Source of the DNA: an uncultured virus (IMG/VR IMGVR_UViG_3300030503_000181)
Taxonomy: Duplodnaviria > Heunggongvirae > Uroviricota > Caudoviricetes
IMG/VR virus record: IMGVR_UViG_3300030503_000181
Length of the DNA: 64,000 nt
Direction: 5' to 3' (one strand)
The notes under the pieces are model-generated. The model was not told the origin of the DNA and searched no databases. It worked only from the letters and a program-made list of their open reading frames with translations. The position numbers and the translations under genes were made by a program. Shown in pieces: positions 42,062 to 54,094 of this stretch (its first letter is position 1; each line of letters begins with the position of its first letter).

Positions 42062-42913
42062 ATGTCAACCGTTTCTGTTGAACTATCCAAACTCGCCCCT
42101 AAACTCTCGGGCAATCTCAAAGTCAACCGCAAAAAGCAATCCGTCAACAACCTCGTCGCCATCTTGCATGGCACCGTTCGCATGAGCGAATGGGAATATC
42201 TCGACCGCGACAATGCCTTCAAGTTCGAGTCCGACAAGAACAAGAAGCTCTCCATTTGGGTCACCCCCGAACTCGTCGAAGTCCGCAAGGGACTACGCAA
42301 ATTTCCCATTGGTAATGGAAAAGATGCAACCACCCTATTCGGCAATCTCAAGCACGTCAAGGCCGTAATCGCCAAGGCACAAGCCGAGCAATTGACAGGC
42401 GAAGCCTCCATGAGCGCCGTCCTGAGCGAAGCTCTGGATGACATCACGAGTGGCAACGACGCGGTAACCGCCGATGATCTGAACGAGGATATCCACATCC
42501 CCAACGCCCCGGCTCTCGTCGATCCTATTGAGGTTTCTTTGGAATCTGAAGAGATTGCAGGAGCCCTCGAAAACGAGATGGAACGCGAAGACGATCCGTT
42601 CTCGCGTATCTCAAACAAACTCGCCTCGGCTAAGCAACAAATCGGGATCAAGCTTCACGACACGGGTGTGTCCAAGGAGGGTTGCAAGCAGATTGCCGAT
42701 TCAATCGCTGGACATCTACGGAAACGTGGGGACCTATCCGGGCCTGTCATTGTGGCACTCAAATCTCTGCAAGGTCGGATACTGGGCATTGTGGACGCTT
42801 CCTTTTCCGATAAGGAGCAGCGTGCTGCCGTCAAGACTCTCATCAACAAGGAATTCCGCCGCGAGATGGATAAGTTCGGCGGGACGAATGGGGTGGTGTC
42901 TGATGAAAACTAA
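42062..42913 (+). CDS. Hypothetical protein (283 aa)
   Basis: Long ORF with a GAGGT SD; no recognised motif. Confidence 0.6.
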   Translation: MSTVSVELSKLAPKLSGNLKVNRKKQSVNNLVAILHGTVRMSEWEYLDRDNAFKFESDKNKKLSIWVTPELVEVRKGLRKFPIGNGKDATTLFGNLKHVKAVIAKAQAEQLTGEASMSAVLSEALDDITSGNDAVTADDLNEDIHIPNAPALVDPIEVSLESEEIAGALENEMEREDDPFSRISNKLASAKQQIGIKLHDTGVSKEGCKQIADSIAGHLRKRGDLSGPVIVALKSLQGRILGIVDASFSDKEQRAAVKTLINKEFRREMDKFGGTNGVVSDEN

Positions 42914-43111
42914 TAGGATCAGCGAGATCGTCCAGCTTGTTCGCAACGAGGACGGCACCATGGACATCCTTTTCGATGAACATTCCAAAGCCCGTTCTGC
43001 AACCTTAACCACTGACTACGGTGCGACTATCAAGCTAAAGAGGCCCCGCTGCTCGTATCAATGCAGCGACCGCATCGTAGGAATTTCGATTCGTGCGTAA
43101 GTTTTCCAGAA

Positions 43112-43152
43112 ATCTCGGGTATTAAACTTGTGAGGAGTTTAATACCCGAGAT
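43112..43152 (+). promoter_or_regulatory. 17-bp perfect hairpin covering the RBS/start of an HNH gene
   Basis: ATCTCGGGTATTAAACT-tgtgagg-AGTTTAATACCCGAGAT. Confidence 0.75.
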
Positions 43153-43588
43153 GAGTTGTGCGAATGGTCACGATTCTGGGCGATATGAAAACCAAAGAGA
43201 CGATGGAAGCCGGGAGTGTATCGAGTGTCGCCGACTGAAAAACAAACGAGCCTATCAATCGAAACTACAGCGGAATCCAATTCAACTCATGCGGGAAACC
43301 GTTAAGAATAGAGCGAAACAGCGTGGGATTCCTTTTGATTTATCCGTCGAAGACATTCTCGCCGCTTGGCCTGCCGACAATATCTGCCCCATCCTTCGGT
43401 TGCCGTTGATTCGTGGAGTTGGGGTTCACCACCCACAATCGCCATCAATAGACCGCGTTCGATCCAAACTAGGATATGTGAGGGGTAACATCGCGATTAT
43501 TTCTCGCCACGCCAACGTGATAAAACAGGACTGTGATGACCCCGAAGTTTTTGTTCGTATAGCCGAATACTTGAGAGAACGCCTATGA
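43151..43588 (+). CDS. HNH-like endonuclease
   Basis: RAKQRGIPFDLS...CPIL...SPSIDRVRSKLGYVRGNIAIIS..ANVIK. Confidence 0.8.
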   Translation: MSCANGHDSGRYENQRDDGSRECIECRRLKNKRAYQSKLQRNPIQLMRETVKNRAKQRGIPFDLSVEDILAAWPADNICPILRLPLIRGVGVHHPQSPSIDRVRSKLGYVRGNIAIISRHANVIKQDCDDPEVFVRIAEYLRERL

Positions 43589-45579
43589 GCGAAGAGCTTG
43601 AACAGTGTCCGTTAGTCACCCCGTACACCACCAGTACGGGGTTGTCTCCCGCCATGCTGGAAAAGCTCTTTCTCCTTCGCCACTGGGATGTCGAAGTACA
43701 GGGACCTGTGCCGTTCAAATGGCCTGATCTCCTGCGTCAAAACATATTCGACCTGAGCCGTCAGGCGGATTCCGAGCCTCTGATACTCCGCGAGTACCAG
43801 AAAGTCATGACACACCATCTCTGCCGTATGCCCCGCTTCATCTGCGGGGATGCGGTTGGGCTGGGCAAAACCCTCGACGCCATCGCCGCCGCCTGCTGGC
43901 TTAAAGAGCGATTCGACAATGCCAAAGTCGTAGTTGTCACCACCAAATCCACCACCTATCAATGGGAAGAAGAGGTCATGCGGTACAGCCGCCTGCGCCC
44001 GTATGTAATGCGGGATGACTACCGAGGGCTTACCTCGTCCGACGCCCGTTATTCCCAGATGATGCAGTTCCTTGAGGGCAAGAAGAAAGATGTCCTCATC
44101 GCCAAGTATTCGTCGATGATCGGCACCCGCAAAGAGATCGAGGGGGAATTCGATGCTGATGGGCTCCCCACGATGGGGGATAAGAAAGAACATCTTTCCG
44201 AAGAGATACGCAACTTCTCCAGAATCTTCCGTGAGCACCGCGAGAACATCATCTTGGTCTTCGACGAATGCCACAAGTTCAAGACCATGCACTCTTCGAC
44301 CCGGAACCTAGTCTTCAACCTGAGCAAGTACGCAGGCCGCGTCTGGGCTCTGACCGCCACGGTCATCAAGAATGGGCTGGAGGAGTTCTATAACATCGCC
44401 ACGGGCATCAGGATTGAGCCTGTGGGCCTCATAGGGGACTTCAGGGAGGAATTCTGCATCTACCACGAGCAATGGACTGGGCGGGGCGGCAATAAGAAGA
44501 TTCTCGACGGCTACAAGAATGTTGCCCATTTCAAGAAGCAGATGCGCCCCTTCTTCCTTGGCCGCTCCCAGAAACAGGTCGGCGAACCGTTGCCCGAACT
44601 GACGACTATTTACCACCCGATTGAACTGGACGCCCGCCAGACCAAAATCCTGACCGACGATCTGCCCAATGGGACGATCCAATTGCCTCCAACTATTATC
44701 AAGGTCGCCGGGGAGATTTACGAGAAGGAGCGCAATCCCGACAATATCATGACCCAATTGAGCGTCCAGCAATTGGTCACGAACCACTGGTGTCTGCTGG
44801 ATAAGATGAACGAGAAGGACTACCACACCAAGACCCTGAGCCCCAAGGAAGAGGCATTGCTGGACATGCTGGACGGCGATTACCGTGGGGAGAAGGTGAT
44901 CGTCTACACCAAATATAAGACGTGGATTGACCGCCTTGAGTGGCTGACGAAGGATAACCACTTCACATCGCGGAAGTTCCTCCGCATTACGGGCAATGAG
45001 AACGAAAAGCAGCGCAATGAGAACAAGAAGCTGTTCCAAGACCCCAATAGTGGCTACGACCTGATTGTCATCAATGCTGCTGGGATGGAGGGTATTAACT
45101 TACAGCAGGCAGCCCACATGATCCTGCTCGACGCTCCGTGGTCGTGGGGTGACCTGATCCAGCTTGTAGGCCGCATGGTCAGGATGGCGAGCCCGCACTC
45201 GGCTTGTACTTTGCACGTCATGGTCGCCCGTGGTACAATTGATGAGTACACCATCGACACTCTCAAGGGTAAGAAGGGTGTTTTCGAGAAGATTCTGGGT
45301 GAGTCCCACTCCGCAGGTATTCTGGATGACAAGGACTTCCTCGACATGGAGTCGGGTATGGAGCACTGCGGCACCGAGGAAGAGTTCAAGGAACTCCTCA
45401 GGGCTCACGTCAAGACTTCTTCGATGCGTTCGTTCCTTATCGGCGATCTGATTACCGACGCCAAGGGAAACACCGACTACAAGATGTCGTTCGAGAAGAA
45501 GGGCAGCAAGAAGCACCGCCGCACGAAGAAAGACACCACCAAGAGCGACGAGGCACTGGAGTCACGATGGCTGATGTAG
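43585..45579 (+). CDS. SNF2-family helicase/ATPase
   Basis: GDAVGLGKT, DECH, LTAT, GMEGINLQQA, QLVGRMVR. Confidence 0.9.
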   Translation: MSEELEQCPLVTPYTTSTGLSPAMLEKLFLLRHWDVEVQGPVPFKWPDLLRQNIFDLSRQADSEPLILREYQKVMTHHLCRMPRFICGDAVGLGKTLDAIAAACWLKERFDNAKVVVVTTKSTTYQWEEEVMRYSRLRPYVMRDDYRGLTSSDARYSQMMQFLEGKKKDVLIAKYSSMIGTRKEIEGEFDADGLPTMGDKKEHLSEEIRNFSRIFREHRENIILVFDECHKFKTMHSSTRNLVFNLSKYAGRVWALTATVIKNGLEEFYNIATGIRIEPVGLIGDFREEFCIYHEQWTGRGGNKKILDGYKNVAHFKKQMRPFFLGRSQKQVGEPLPELTTIYHPIELDARQTKILTDDLPNGTIQLPPTIIKVAGEIYEKERNPDNIMTQLSVQQLVTNHWCLLDKMNEKDYHTKTLSPKEEALLDMLDGDYRGEKVIVYTKYKTWIDRLEWLTKDNHFTSRKFLRITGNENEKQRNENKKLFQDPNSGYDLIVINAAGMEGINLQQAAHMILLDAPWSWGDLIQLVGRMVRMASPHSACTLHVMVARGTIDEYTIDTLKGKKGVFEKILGESHSAGILDDKDFLDMESGMEHCGTEEEFKELLRAHVKTSSMRSFLIGDLITDAKGNTDYKMSFEKKGSKKHRRTKKDTTKSDEALESRWLM

Positions 45580-46521
45580 AAGAATTCTGTACTTGTCCAG
45601 ACTGGGAGCCCTGCGGATGCGGCAATCAGCAAGACGGCCCGCACTGCATGTATTGCGTTCATCTGCTCTCGCCCGCGCAGATTGCCGCGTTTGATTTCAA
45701 CACGGATGAGCACATTCCGCCCCATCCAAGGGGCTTGCCCATTCAAATTTCCTGCGGTGCGTGTCAAACGACCATCGACAACCCCACACAGGAGCAAATC
45801 GATTACCACTTCACCGAGGAGAAGCATGACGTTAGAAAAAATTAAGATCACGCTGCACAATGCCGTTATCCGTGTCCGACAGGTTTTCGGTCATGAGGCC
45901 GCGTGTTGCGGCTACTTCAAGAACCCGGACGGTCGGCTCGTTGACTGTGATGAGTGGTGGGGCTATCAGGACTGCATGTTCCCGGGCTGCGGTCATTATC
46001 AGCTTGAACACAGCGACGGCTCGGCGAACAAAGTGTTATACGTGAAACCCGAGTTAACTAAGCATAGTTGGGAAGGGAAGCCAGACGGGAACGCGGGCTG
46101 TGCGCGGTGCTATGTCGATCAGACCGAAGCCAATCGCGATGAGGATTGCCCCAAGACGGTGAAGGCTGGCGATTTGGTGGTTGACCCAGTGGGCTGTTTG
46201 AACGCAGGCTGCGAGGATTGTCCCAAATTCTGGACAAAAGACGACTTGCACAATTTTATGCAACTTCTGGCTCGTGCACGCCATCATGCAACTCACGATA
46301 TGCATCGTGACGGGGAGCAATATGACCCCAATGTCACGCATGTGGACACCAGTGTCAGCATTGTCGTACAGGTGACAACCTCGGTAGGCTCCCGCGATCA
46401 CGACGCCCTGAACAAGGTTTTTGAGCGAGAGGGAAAGCTTCGGGACAAGTTCCCGGACATCCTGTTCAACTTTGACGTAAGGTTCGAGCCGCAGGAAGTA
46501 AAAACCAGTATTAGTGAGTGA

Positions 46522-46660
46522 TGCCTGTGCCCTGTCAAGGGGAGAGCTAGGCGGTTCCCGCAGCCACGAGGCAGGAGCCGAGAGGAGGGGTTGCTCACCA
46601 AGACCTGAGCTTCGGTCAGACGTGTCTGTTCTGGTAGCGTCGTTCCGACCCCTCTCGGCT
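46522..46660 (+). ncRNA. Candidate structured non-coding RNA
   Basis: Two closed domains (TGCCTGTG/CACGAGGCA and AGCCGAGAGG/CCTCTCGGCT) between a GTATTA motif and a T tract. Confidence 0.45.
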
Positions 46661-46682
46661 ATTTTTGGAGTATTAAAGGATT

Positions 46683-48748
46683 ATGAGCAAAGCTGGCGTA
46701 ACGGGTGTGACGGTCTCGGTAGAATTCGGCGATACGAGCTACGGGGCAGGCTCGAAATGCTTCACCAACCTGCAAGCCAAGTTTCCAGAGCCCACAGAAG
46801 ACCTAAACGATGTAGTCGATCAAGGACTCGATCTGTATTTTGCCGCTTGGAAAACCTTGCTCGCAGGCCGCTGGACGACAGGGGTTATTGATGCGGAGAC
46901 CTTCAAAACCCAACTTGCCGCCACGACCGAAAGAATCGAAAAGGCTCGTAAGTTTTTGAGAAGGAAGGCAAATGAGCAGCAACAGTAACGACATTCTCAG
47001 CGGATTCTCAGCGGAGACCTTGCTAGGGTCCGACGCTCATGTCATCAAGGAAGTCACCGACCTTCTGCACGATCTGCGGTATTCGTCCCAAGGGAATGAA
47101 ATCTCACTGGACGAAGCCTTCATGCAGTTACAGAATGAAGTTGATTCACTTCCTGTCCTCACGCTGGACATGGATGTTCCGCCCGGTACGGAGAACGAAT
47201 ACCTCATCCGTCTGTCCACTTCTCAGGAAAAGGTTCTGGATGACTGCGACCGCATCCTGCGGCGTATTCTGGAGTACCAATCCAAACTCAAGAACGCCGA
47301 ACGAGCGATCAAGAAGTACAGGTCCGACTTTATGGCGTGGTACATCCTCGCCGCGTCCTATTTGGTCATGCAGCACAAAGTTAAGTTCCCCCCGTCCCAA
47401 GTCAAGCAGCTTGCTGAGTCAGAATTCTCCCGCCTGCTTGAAAACGTGGACGTGCAGGTGGACAACTTGATTAGTTCCGTGGAGCACCTGACCGAGGAAG
47501 CTCGCCAGCACAAAAAGATTCAGTCCGAAAAGCACGGCCTTGGCAAGGACCAAGCCAACGCAAGCTGGACAAGCCATCTGGGGAATCCCAATGGTATCGC
47601 TCCCAATCGTGCGGATGACATGGCACAGGAAATCGAAGAGGAAGAGGTTGACGACGAGGTTCCAGCGTTCGTTAGCCGTAGCCCGCAAGTGGGGTCTCTG
47701 GTTGACACAAGCCACGGCCTTGCTGAAGTCGGCGAGCCGGGTTTCCTACCCACCAAGGTCGTGACCTCAAATCAAGACCTACTAGATGAAGCGGAGCCCG
47801 GAGATACCGTCGTACTTCGGTTCCAAGACAACGTAGCTCCCACGTTGGAAGCCATCAAGGATACCGTGAAGATCACGGGACCAGTCACGCTTCCCCTTGC
47901 CACGCCTGAGCAAGTCGCGGATTTCCTCAATGAAGATGACGCCCCTAAGCAAGCCGCTGTAATGGCGGCTGGTGCTTCAACGTTGAAATCTCGCAAACGG
48001 CTGATCCTGACGGAAGATGAGGAGTTGATGTAATGCCGACCACGCTAGAGCAAGAAATCGAAGAATTGCGAGACTGGAAAGAGTCCGCAATGAAACAGCT
48101 TCGGAAAGCGGAGCATCTCCGCGAGTACCTTATGGCGCACGGCGAATACTTGGGCTGGGACCTGTATGACGCCGCTCTCGACCTTCTTACAAAGAATTGC
48201 CCATGCTGTGGCTATCCAAACTGTGGGCACAGGCATCCCGTATCATGAGCTTCTGCGGCACACTCGAACATAATCGCGGCGGCGGGTTCCTGACCCTTGC
48301 CCTGCATTGTGTTGTGCTCTACGATCCTCTTCTCAAAATCATGGACGAGCGGTATGAGTCTAAGAGCAAGAAGGCGGGGCAGCTTGAGATGTTCCCGCTG
48401 GATTCCAAGCAGCGGAAAGAGTACGCGGCTCTCGTGAAGACTCTGCGTTATTTTCTCGACTCATATCGACGAGAGAGACTCAAGACCCTACCAAAGCGAA
48501 AAGACCCGTGGAGTTTCCTCGATGAGACCCGCAATCTGGAATACTGCGACTACGAATTCTACGAGTTCTGGTACGGCTTCATCAAGGGCTTCAAAAACGA
48601 CTTGGAGTTCGAGAAGGAAGTTGATATACTGGATCAGGTAGCGCAAGGCGAACCATTGAAGGACTACGAGCCCGCCATCAAGTTCCTATCCAGACTGAAC
48701 AGTGTGGCTCTGGGACGGCACAACAGCTATCGCAGAGGATGCTTCTAA
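46683..48748 (+). other. Hypothetical genes 46683-46988, 46972-48033 (coiled-coil/acidic), 48033-48248 and an ORF ending at 48748
   Basis: Contiguous ORFs. Confidence 0.6.
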
Positions 48749-49500
48749 TGAGTGGAAAGCCAGAGTGGGAAACCACGAACTTCGGCAGTCCGCAGTACAT
48801 GACGTACCTGCGGCGTAAAGAGATGGAACTCATTTCTCAGGACGGCATCTACCTCAGGATCGATGAACTGCTCGCGATGATTCCCAACTCCGAGCCGCTA
48901 CAACGTCTCATCGTTGAAAACTCCGAGCGTATGACAAACGCCCCGGGTTCCAGTAAGAACCATCAAGCGTGGCAAGGCGGCTACCTCGATCACGTGATGG
49001 AAACCATGAACATTGCTTGCCAGTTATACTGGACCTTCGAGCATCTGCGCGGCCTCCCCTTCCTGATATCCGATTCATTGGTGGTCATGTTTCTGCACGA
49101 CCTTGAGAAGCCGTGGAAACACTTGCATGGACGGGAAGAGCTTCACGAGTGTTTGTGCGGTCATCTCCTTGCCGACCATAACAGGATCAATGCTTGGTCG
49201 GATGTCGCTTGCCGTTATTGCACGGGCTTGCCCCGTAATTGCAACATGTACCGCCATTTGACACTGAAGACAAAGGAAGATCGACGTGCTTTCCGCGACG
49301 GCTTGATCGAAGAGTACGGCATCCTGCTTAGCGACGATCAGAAGAACGCCCTCAAGTACGTGGAAGGCATTCCCGATAAAGAGTATCAGCCCGGAGAACG
49401 CATCATGGGTGAGCTTGCAGCGTTCTGTCATTGTTGCGACATCCTGAGCGCACGGCTGTGGTACGATTGGGGTAAGGAACATTCGTGGAGACGCGATTAA
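48748..49500 (+). CDS. HD-domain phosphohydrolase with a Zn-binding insertion
   Basis: APGSSKNHQAWQGGYLDHV, FLHDLEK, HCCD. Confidence 0.75.
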   Translation: MSGKPEWETTNFGSPQYMTYLRRKEMELISQDGIYLRIDELLAMIPNSEPLQRLIVENSERMTNAPGSSKNHQAWQGGYLDHVMETMNIACQLYWTFEHLRGLPFLISDSLVVMFLHDLEKPWKHLHGREELHECLCGHLLADHNRINAWSDVACRYCTGLPRNCNMYRHLTLKTKEDRRAFRDGLIEEYGILLSDDQKNALKYVEGIPDKEYQPGERIMGELAAFCHCCDILSARLWYDWGKEHSWRRD

Positions 49501-52223
49501 CATGTATCTGAACCTGCAACTCGGCAATTTTCACGTTGTTCTTGGCAAATTGGCAGCGCAGGCGGCGAAAGAAAAGCCTCTTAGCAGCCGCATAAACACT
49601 GGGGATTCTGAGCCTGAAGAATTTCTTCTTGATGATGAATCCAAACTCCGCTACCGAAGCTATCAGTAGAGTTATGATCCAAATTGTCATTGATCCGCAG
49701 TACAAAGGCCCGACAATTCTCGATTGGGGAACCGCTTCCCGCCACGTCGAAGATGAATTTGTCGAAGTGTGTTGGGGAAACACCAAGTCCGAACTGACAC
49801 AGCTAGAACGCCTGTCTGACTGCAATTTTCGCTTGTTCGTTCCCGACGCTGCTGCCCAAGAACGTGCCGCCACGTCCCTCGGAGACGACATCCAACTGGA
49901 TCAGGCGATCATCCTTACCGCCAAGCTCGCCCTGAACACACGCAAGACATACGACTGGCGTAACTTCCTCACGGGTAAGCCCGTCTCCCTCACCCGCAGC
50001 ATCCTCACGAAGATGAGCGCCGACGCCCTTCGAAAAGGCAGACCGTCTGCTCTCGCCGATCTCGTAGGCGATTTTGCCTCTGAAAATGGAATAAATCCGA
50101 TAGATGCCGATGTTTTGCTCCGACTCAAAGTATTAAGAGGGTAGGAGTCCTCATGACTACCACGATTTTCAAAGACTACACCCTCGCCCGTGTCAATCAC
50201 TATCGCTGCGATCAGCCCGCAGGTAAATGGGGCACTTCGACCTATGTTTGGGTTCCCAAGACCATGACCACAGAGGAGTTTGAAGCCCTGTGCGAGAAGG
50301 CTCGGAAGACGTATCTCGATGCGGCAGAGGCGGCTAAGAAGCTGGTTGGAACCTCCGCTCCGGGGGACGGCCCACGATACGATCAGTATCCCGACAAGAC
50401 GGTCGCCGAGGTTAAGGCGATCCACGCGGCTGAGACTGAGGAGTGGAATAAACGCAGTGTTGCGGTCAAAGCCGAACAGCGGACATTCGCGCAACTCCTG
50501 AAGGATGTCAGCGACGACGTGGTGCTGGGCTTCTGGGACATCGAATTCCCAATCGATGTGGAAGTTCACTGGGGACACCACCACGGCACCGATATTGCCT
50601 ATGGCGAGACCAAGATCACCAACCCCGCGCCCGCAACGCAGACATTCGGCGGGCAGGAAGAGGCCGACAATGAAGACTAAAGCCAAGAAACAATGGAAGA
50701 TTACGGGTGCACAACTCGCCCCCATGCCATACAACTCCAAGGGTCAGGAGTTAACGTTCTACCTCGAACAGATGCCCGAGTCCAGCCAACCGACTATATT
50801 CATCTCGGCGTATTGTTCCGATCAGGCGGACGCCAAGTTTGTTGATAAGACCGCCAAGGAAATCGAGCGGTTGCTGAATGTTTGAAGAAGAAGAGGATTT
50901 TGAGTTTCCGCGAAAATGGCTGGACAAGCGGCAGTTTGCGCGGATGGACCCAATGACGGGCCTGCCGCAGCTTGTTCGTGTGGAGCCCCACTTCGTTCAG
51001 GGGACCCAAGAGTTTATACCCAACGTGGTTGATGTCACCGTTGATGACGGCCCCATAATGATAATGGATCGCGATGCAGCGGAGTCGTATCTAGAAGACA
51101 CGGGCTGCGTGCCGATGGGGGTTTTCGCGAAGCACAAGCAGGGGAAGATCAATTGAAGCATATCTGGGTGCCAGTAAACGAGTTGCTCCACACCACCGAG
51201 ACTTACAAGGTGTGCAAGACCTGCGGCTACGTCCTGCGGGCGGATGGGGCGAACAAGGACAAGGACTGCAAGGGGCCGTGTAAGATTACGTTGAGAAATG
51301 CGACGATTTGAGGTAAAATCGCACTATGACCACAGTATGCAGGAAATGCGGTAAGCTCAACGGGATGACCGACCGCGAGGAAGTTTTTTGTGACTGTCCT
51401 CGCGTTCCCCAGACGATGGTCAACGACATCTACCAAGCGGTGCTGAACAATGGGACTGTCAACGATGGTGTGGACTACATCGGCGTTACAGTTGATCTCG
51501 TCAAGAAGGGGTATAAAAAGTCATGAAAGGTCGCTGGTCATTCGTAGGTAAGAAGCACACGCTCAAGATCGACGACGATCTTTGGCAACTCACGCAGCAA
51601 TATGTGAAGGATCAAATGGCGATCCTGAACCGCTACAACGATGCCCCCGAGCCGCCGATGACACAGGCCGAGTTCGAGGATTTGGCTTACGACGTGGCGC
51701 GGCACCCGCAACAGATTCGCAACCTGCAAGCGCAGATCACACGGAAAAGGGAACGTGAGGCAAAGAAAGTCGCACGTGAGGCGAGAGCCATTGAAAAAGC
51801 TATCGCCGGATGAACGTCGGCGTCGAGCCGCCTCGAAAGACCCTCGACAGATTGAACTCCCGCTACCGGACGATTACAAGGCGGGGCTGGTTTTTCCCAC
51901 AACACATCGCGAGGATGGTCTGACAAAGCAGGAGGAGAAAGTCCTTCGCATGACCGCTCGGCTGTGGAATGCGTATGGTAAGCTCAAAGAGGTTCATCCC
52001 TCTGAAAAGGAAGAGCTTCAGCTTTATATTCATCAGATTCAGTATCTTGTGGCACGTCGCGTTGCGAAACGTCTAGACCCGCACGTCTGGGCGTAGTAAA
52101 CTAAGACAATTCGCGTTTCATAGGTATGTGGATGCGACGGTGCGCTAAGTGCGGTCGAGATTTACGGAAACACCACCTTGCCGAGGTTTTGGTATGCGTG
52201 TGCGGCTGGGTGTGGGGTGACTA

Positions 52224-52907
52224 ATGGCTAACTGGTTTGATGCAGTTCCGATGACGCAGGTTGACCACCGCCTCTGGGTGGGTGGGTACATCCAAGCCGC
52301 TATGCTGGCGACCGAGAACCCTAAGGGAATCACTGCCGTCCTGAACGTCAGCACAGAGCCGCCCTACGAAAAGAACCCCCAGATCATCTATCGGCACATC
52401 CCGTTCCATGATGGGCACGAGATTCCTCGTCACCAGTTCGCAGAGTGTCTCGGCTGGCTCAAATTCATGTACGAGACCGGGCACGTCATCCTGATCCACT
52501 GTGCGGCTGGCATCTCTCGTTCAGTCACCATCACGGCGTCATTCATGGATTACATCGGCATCACAGATTTCGACACGGCGATGGATCGCATCCGTATGGC
52601 TCGCCCAATTGCCAGCCCCGCTCCCGTGGTGCTGGTGAGCGCCAAACAGATGTTGGGAGTCTGGCCCTACGACGGAAGCATGGGGCAGATGCCCGAGCAC
52701 GAGCGCACCATGCACGAGGTTATCGAGCAGGTGATGCTCAAGCGTGCGGCGGGAGCCCACCCCAACGACGACTGCCCAATGAAGCAATTCTTGCTCACGC
52801 AAGATGTTGAAGACAACAGACCCCGACATTTGATACAATGTACCTGTGAGAAGCTTCTCGACCCATTGGAGGTTGCGAGGCTCGAAGACGGAAAAATTCA
52901 GTTTTAA
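52224..52907 (+). CDS. Dual-specificity (Cys-based) phosphatase
   Basis: IHCAAGISRS (CX5R) motif. Confidence 0.9.
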   Translation: MANWFDAVPMTQVDHRLWVGGYIQAAMLATENPKGITAVLNVSTEPPYEKNPQIIYRHIPFHDGHEIPRHQFAECLGWLKFMYETGHVILIHCAAGISRSVTITASFMDYIGITDFDTAMDRIRMARPIASPAPVVLVSAKQMLGVWPYDGSMGQMPEHERTMHEVIEQVMLKRAAGAHPNDDCPMKQFLLTQDVEDNRPRHLIQCTCEKLLDPLEVARLEDGKIQF

Positions 52908-52919
52908 TGGGAAACTCTT

Positions 52920-53576
52920 ATGGCGATTGAAGGACAGTTGATTCAGCAGATGGATTTGAACGGCATCAGTGAGGCGAATCAGGAGCGCATCTTCGACTAC
53001 TTGAAGGTCCTCAACGACAAAGACCCAGCTACCTGCCAGCATTCGATGCGTGTCGCCGTCCTCGCGGGCTCTATCGCCCGTACCGCCGCCATCCCGGGCA
53101 TCACCCCCAAGGTTCTGCTCTGGGCTGGTGCGCTGCACGACATTGGCAAGGTTGCCATCCCCCTCGAAACTCTCGCTAAGACTGCGAAATTCACCAAGAA
53201 GGACATGAAGGCGATGGAGCCTCACGTCATCCTCGGTTGGACGATGCTCGACAAGCTGCACGACTTCACCGCCGCCATTATTGTGCGGCACCACCAGTTC
53301 GGTCCCAAGCCGTATCCCGCGAAGCTGCCAGCCCTCCCCGAGTGGTTGGAGCCCAAGAAGGAGTTCATCGATGGGGCAGCCCGCCTATTGGCTCTGGCGG
53401 ATTACTACGACGCCCTGATGAACCGCAAGAACGACAAGAGCAAGAAGGGCAAGGGCAAGGCAAAGAAAGAACTCACAGGGTACGAAAAGCACCAGCAGTT
53501 CTATCGGGACAACGCCGACAAGGGCCGCCTGATCCAGACGTTGGAAGAGGTCGGCATCCTCCGGTTTCCTGAGTAA
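52920..53576 (+). CDS. HD-GYP-like phosphodiesterase
   Basis: HSMRVA, LHDIGK, HH...PYP, LALADYYDAL. Confidence 0.8.
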   Translation: MAIEGQLIQQMDLNGISEANQERIFDYLKVLNDKDPATCQHSMRVAVLAGSIARTAAIPGITPKVLLWAGALHDIGKVAIPLETLAKTAKFTKKDMKAMEPHVILGWTMLDKLHDFTAAIIVRHHQFGPKPYPAKLPALPEWLEPKKEFIDGAARLLALADYYDALMNRKNDKSKKGKGKAKKELTGYEKHQQFYRDNADKGRLIQTLEEVGILRFPE

Positions 53577-53611
53577 AACTGACTTTTTAGCCCATAGTAG
53601 AGGGCACTTTC

Positions 53612-54094
53612 ATGGGCAAGGTTGCGGCGACCGAGGTTAAAGCACCCGGTACATACCAGAAGCACCTAAAATACACCATTTTCTTAGCCGGGGCTATCGA
53701 CCAAGGCAGCGCCGAAGACTGGCAGAAGAAGGTGGCTCGTGCCCTCGATGATCTCGACATCCTCGTTCTAAACCCCCGCCGTGACGATTGGGATGCCTCT
53801 TGGGAGCAGTGCAAGGACTGCGAGCCCTTCCGTAGCCAAGTGATGTGGGAGATCACCGCTCAAGAAGATTCGGACATGAACCTCTTCGTGTTCACCAAGG
53901 ACTCTAAGGCCCCGATCACGTTCTTTGAATTGGGGGCTTTCGGCACCCGCAAGGACGCCATGATTTGTGCGGAAGAGGGGTTCTATCGTCAAGCCAACCT
54001 CGACATCTACGCCGAGCATTTCAAGATTCCCATGTACCACGACATCGACGAGTTGATCGCTGACCTGCACGCGGCTCTTGAGGAGAAGGCTTAA
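53612..54094 (+). CDS. Nucleoside 2-deoxyribosyltransferase-like protein
   Basis: IFLAGAID, DWQ, LNPRR, QVMWE, APITFFELG. Confidence 0.8.
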   Translation: MGKVAATEVKAPGTYQKHLKYTIFLAGAIDQGSAEDWQKKVARALDDLDILVLNPRRDDWDASWEQCKDCEPFRSQVMWEITAQEDSDMNLFVFTKDSKAPITFFELGAFGTRKDAMICAEEGFYRQANLDIYAEHFKIPMYHDIDELIADLHAALEEKA

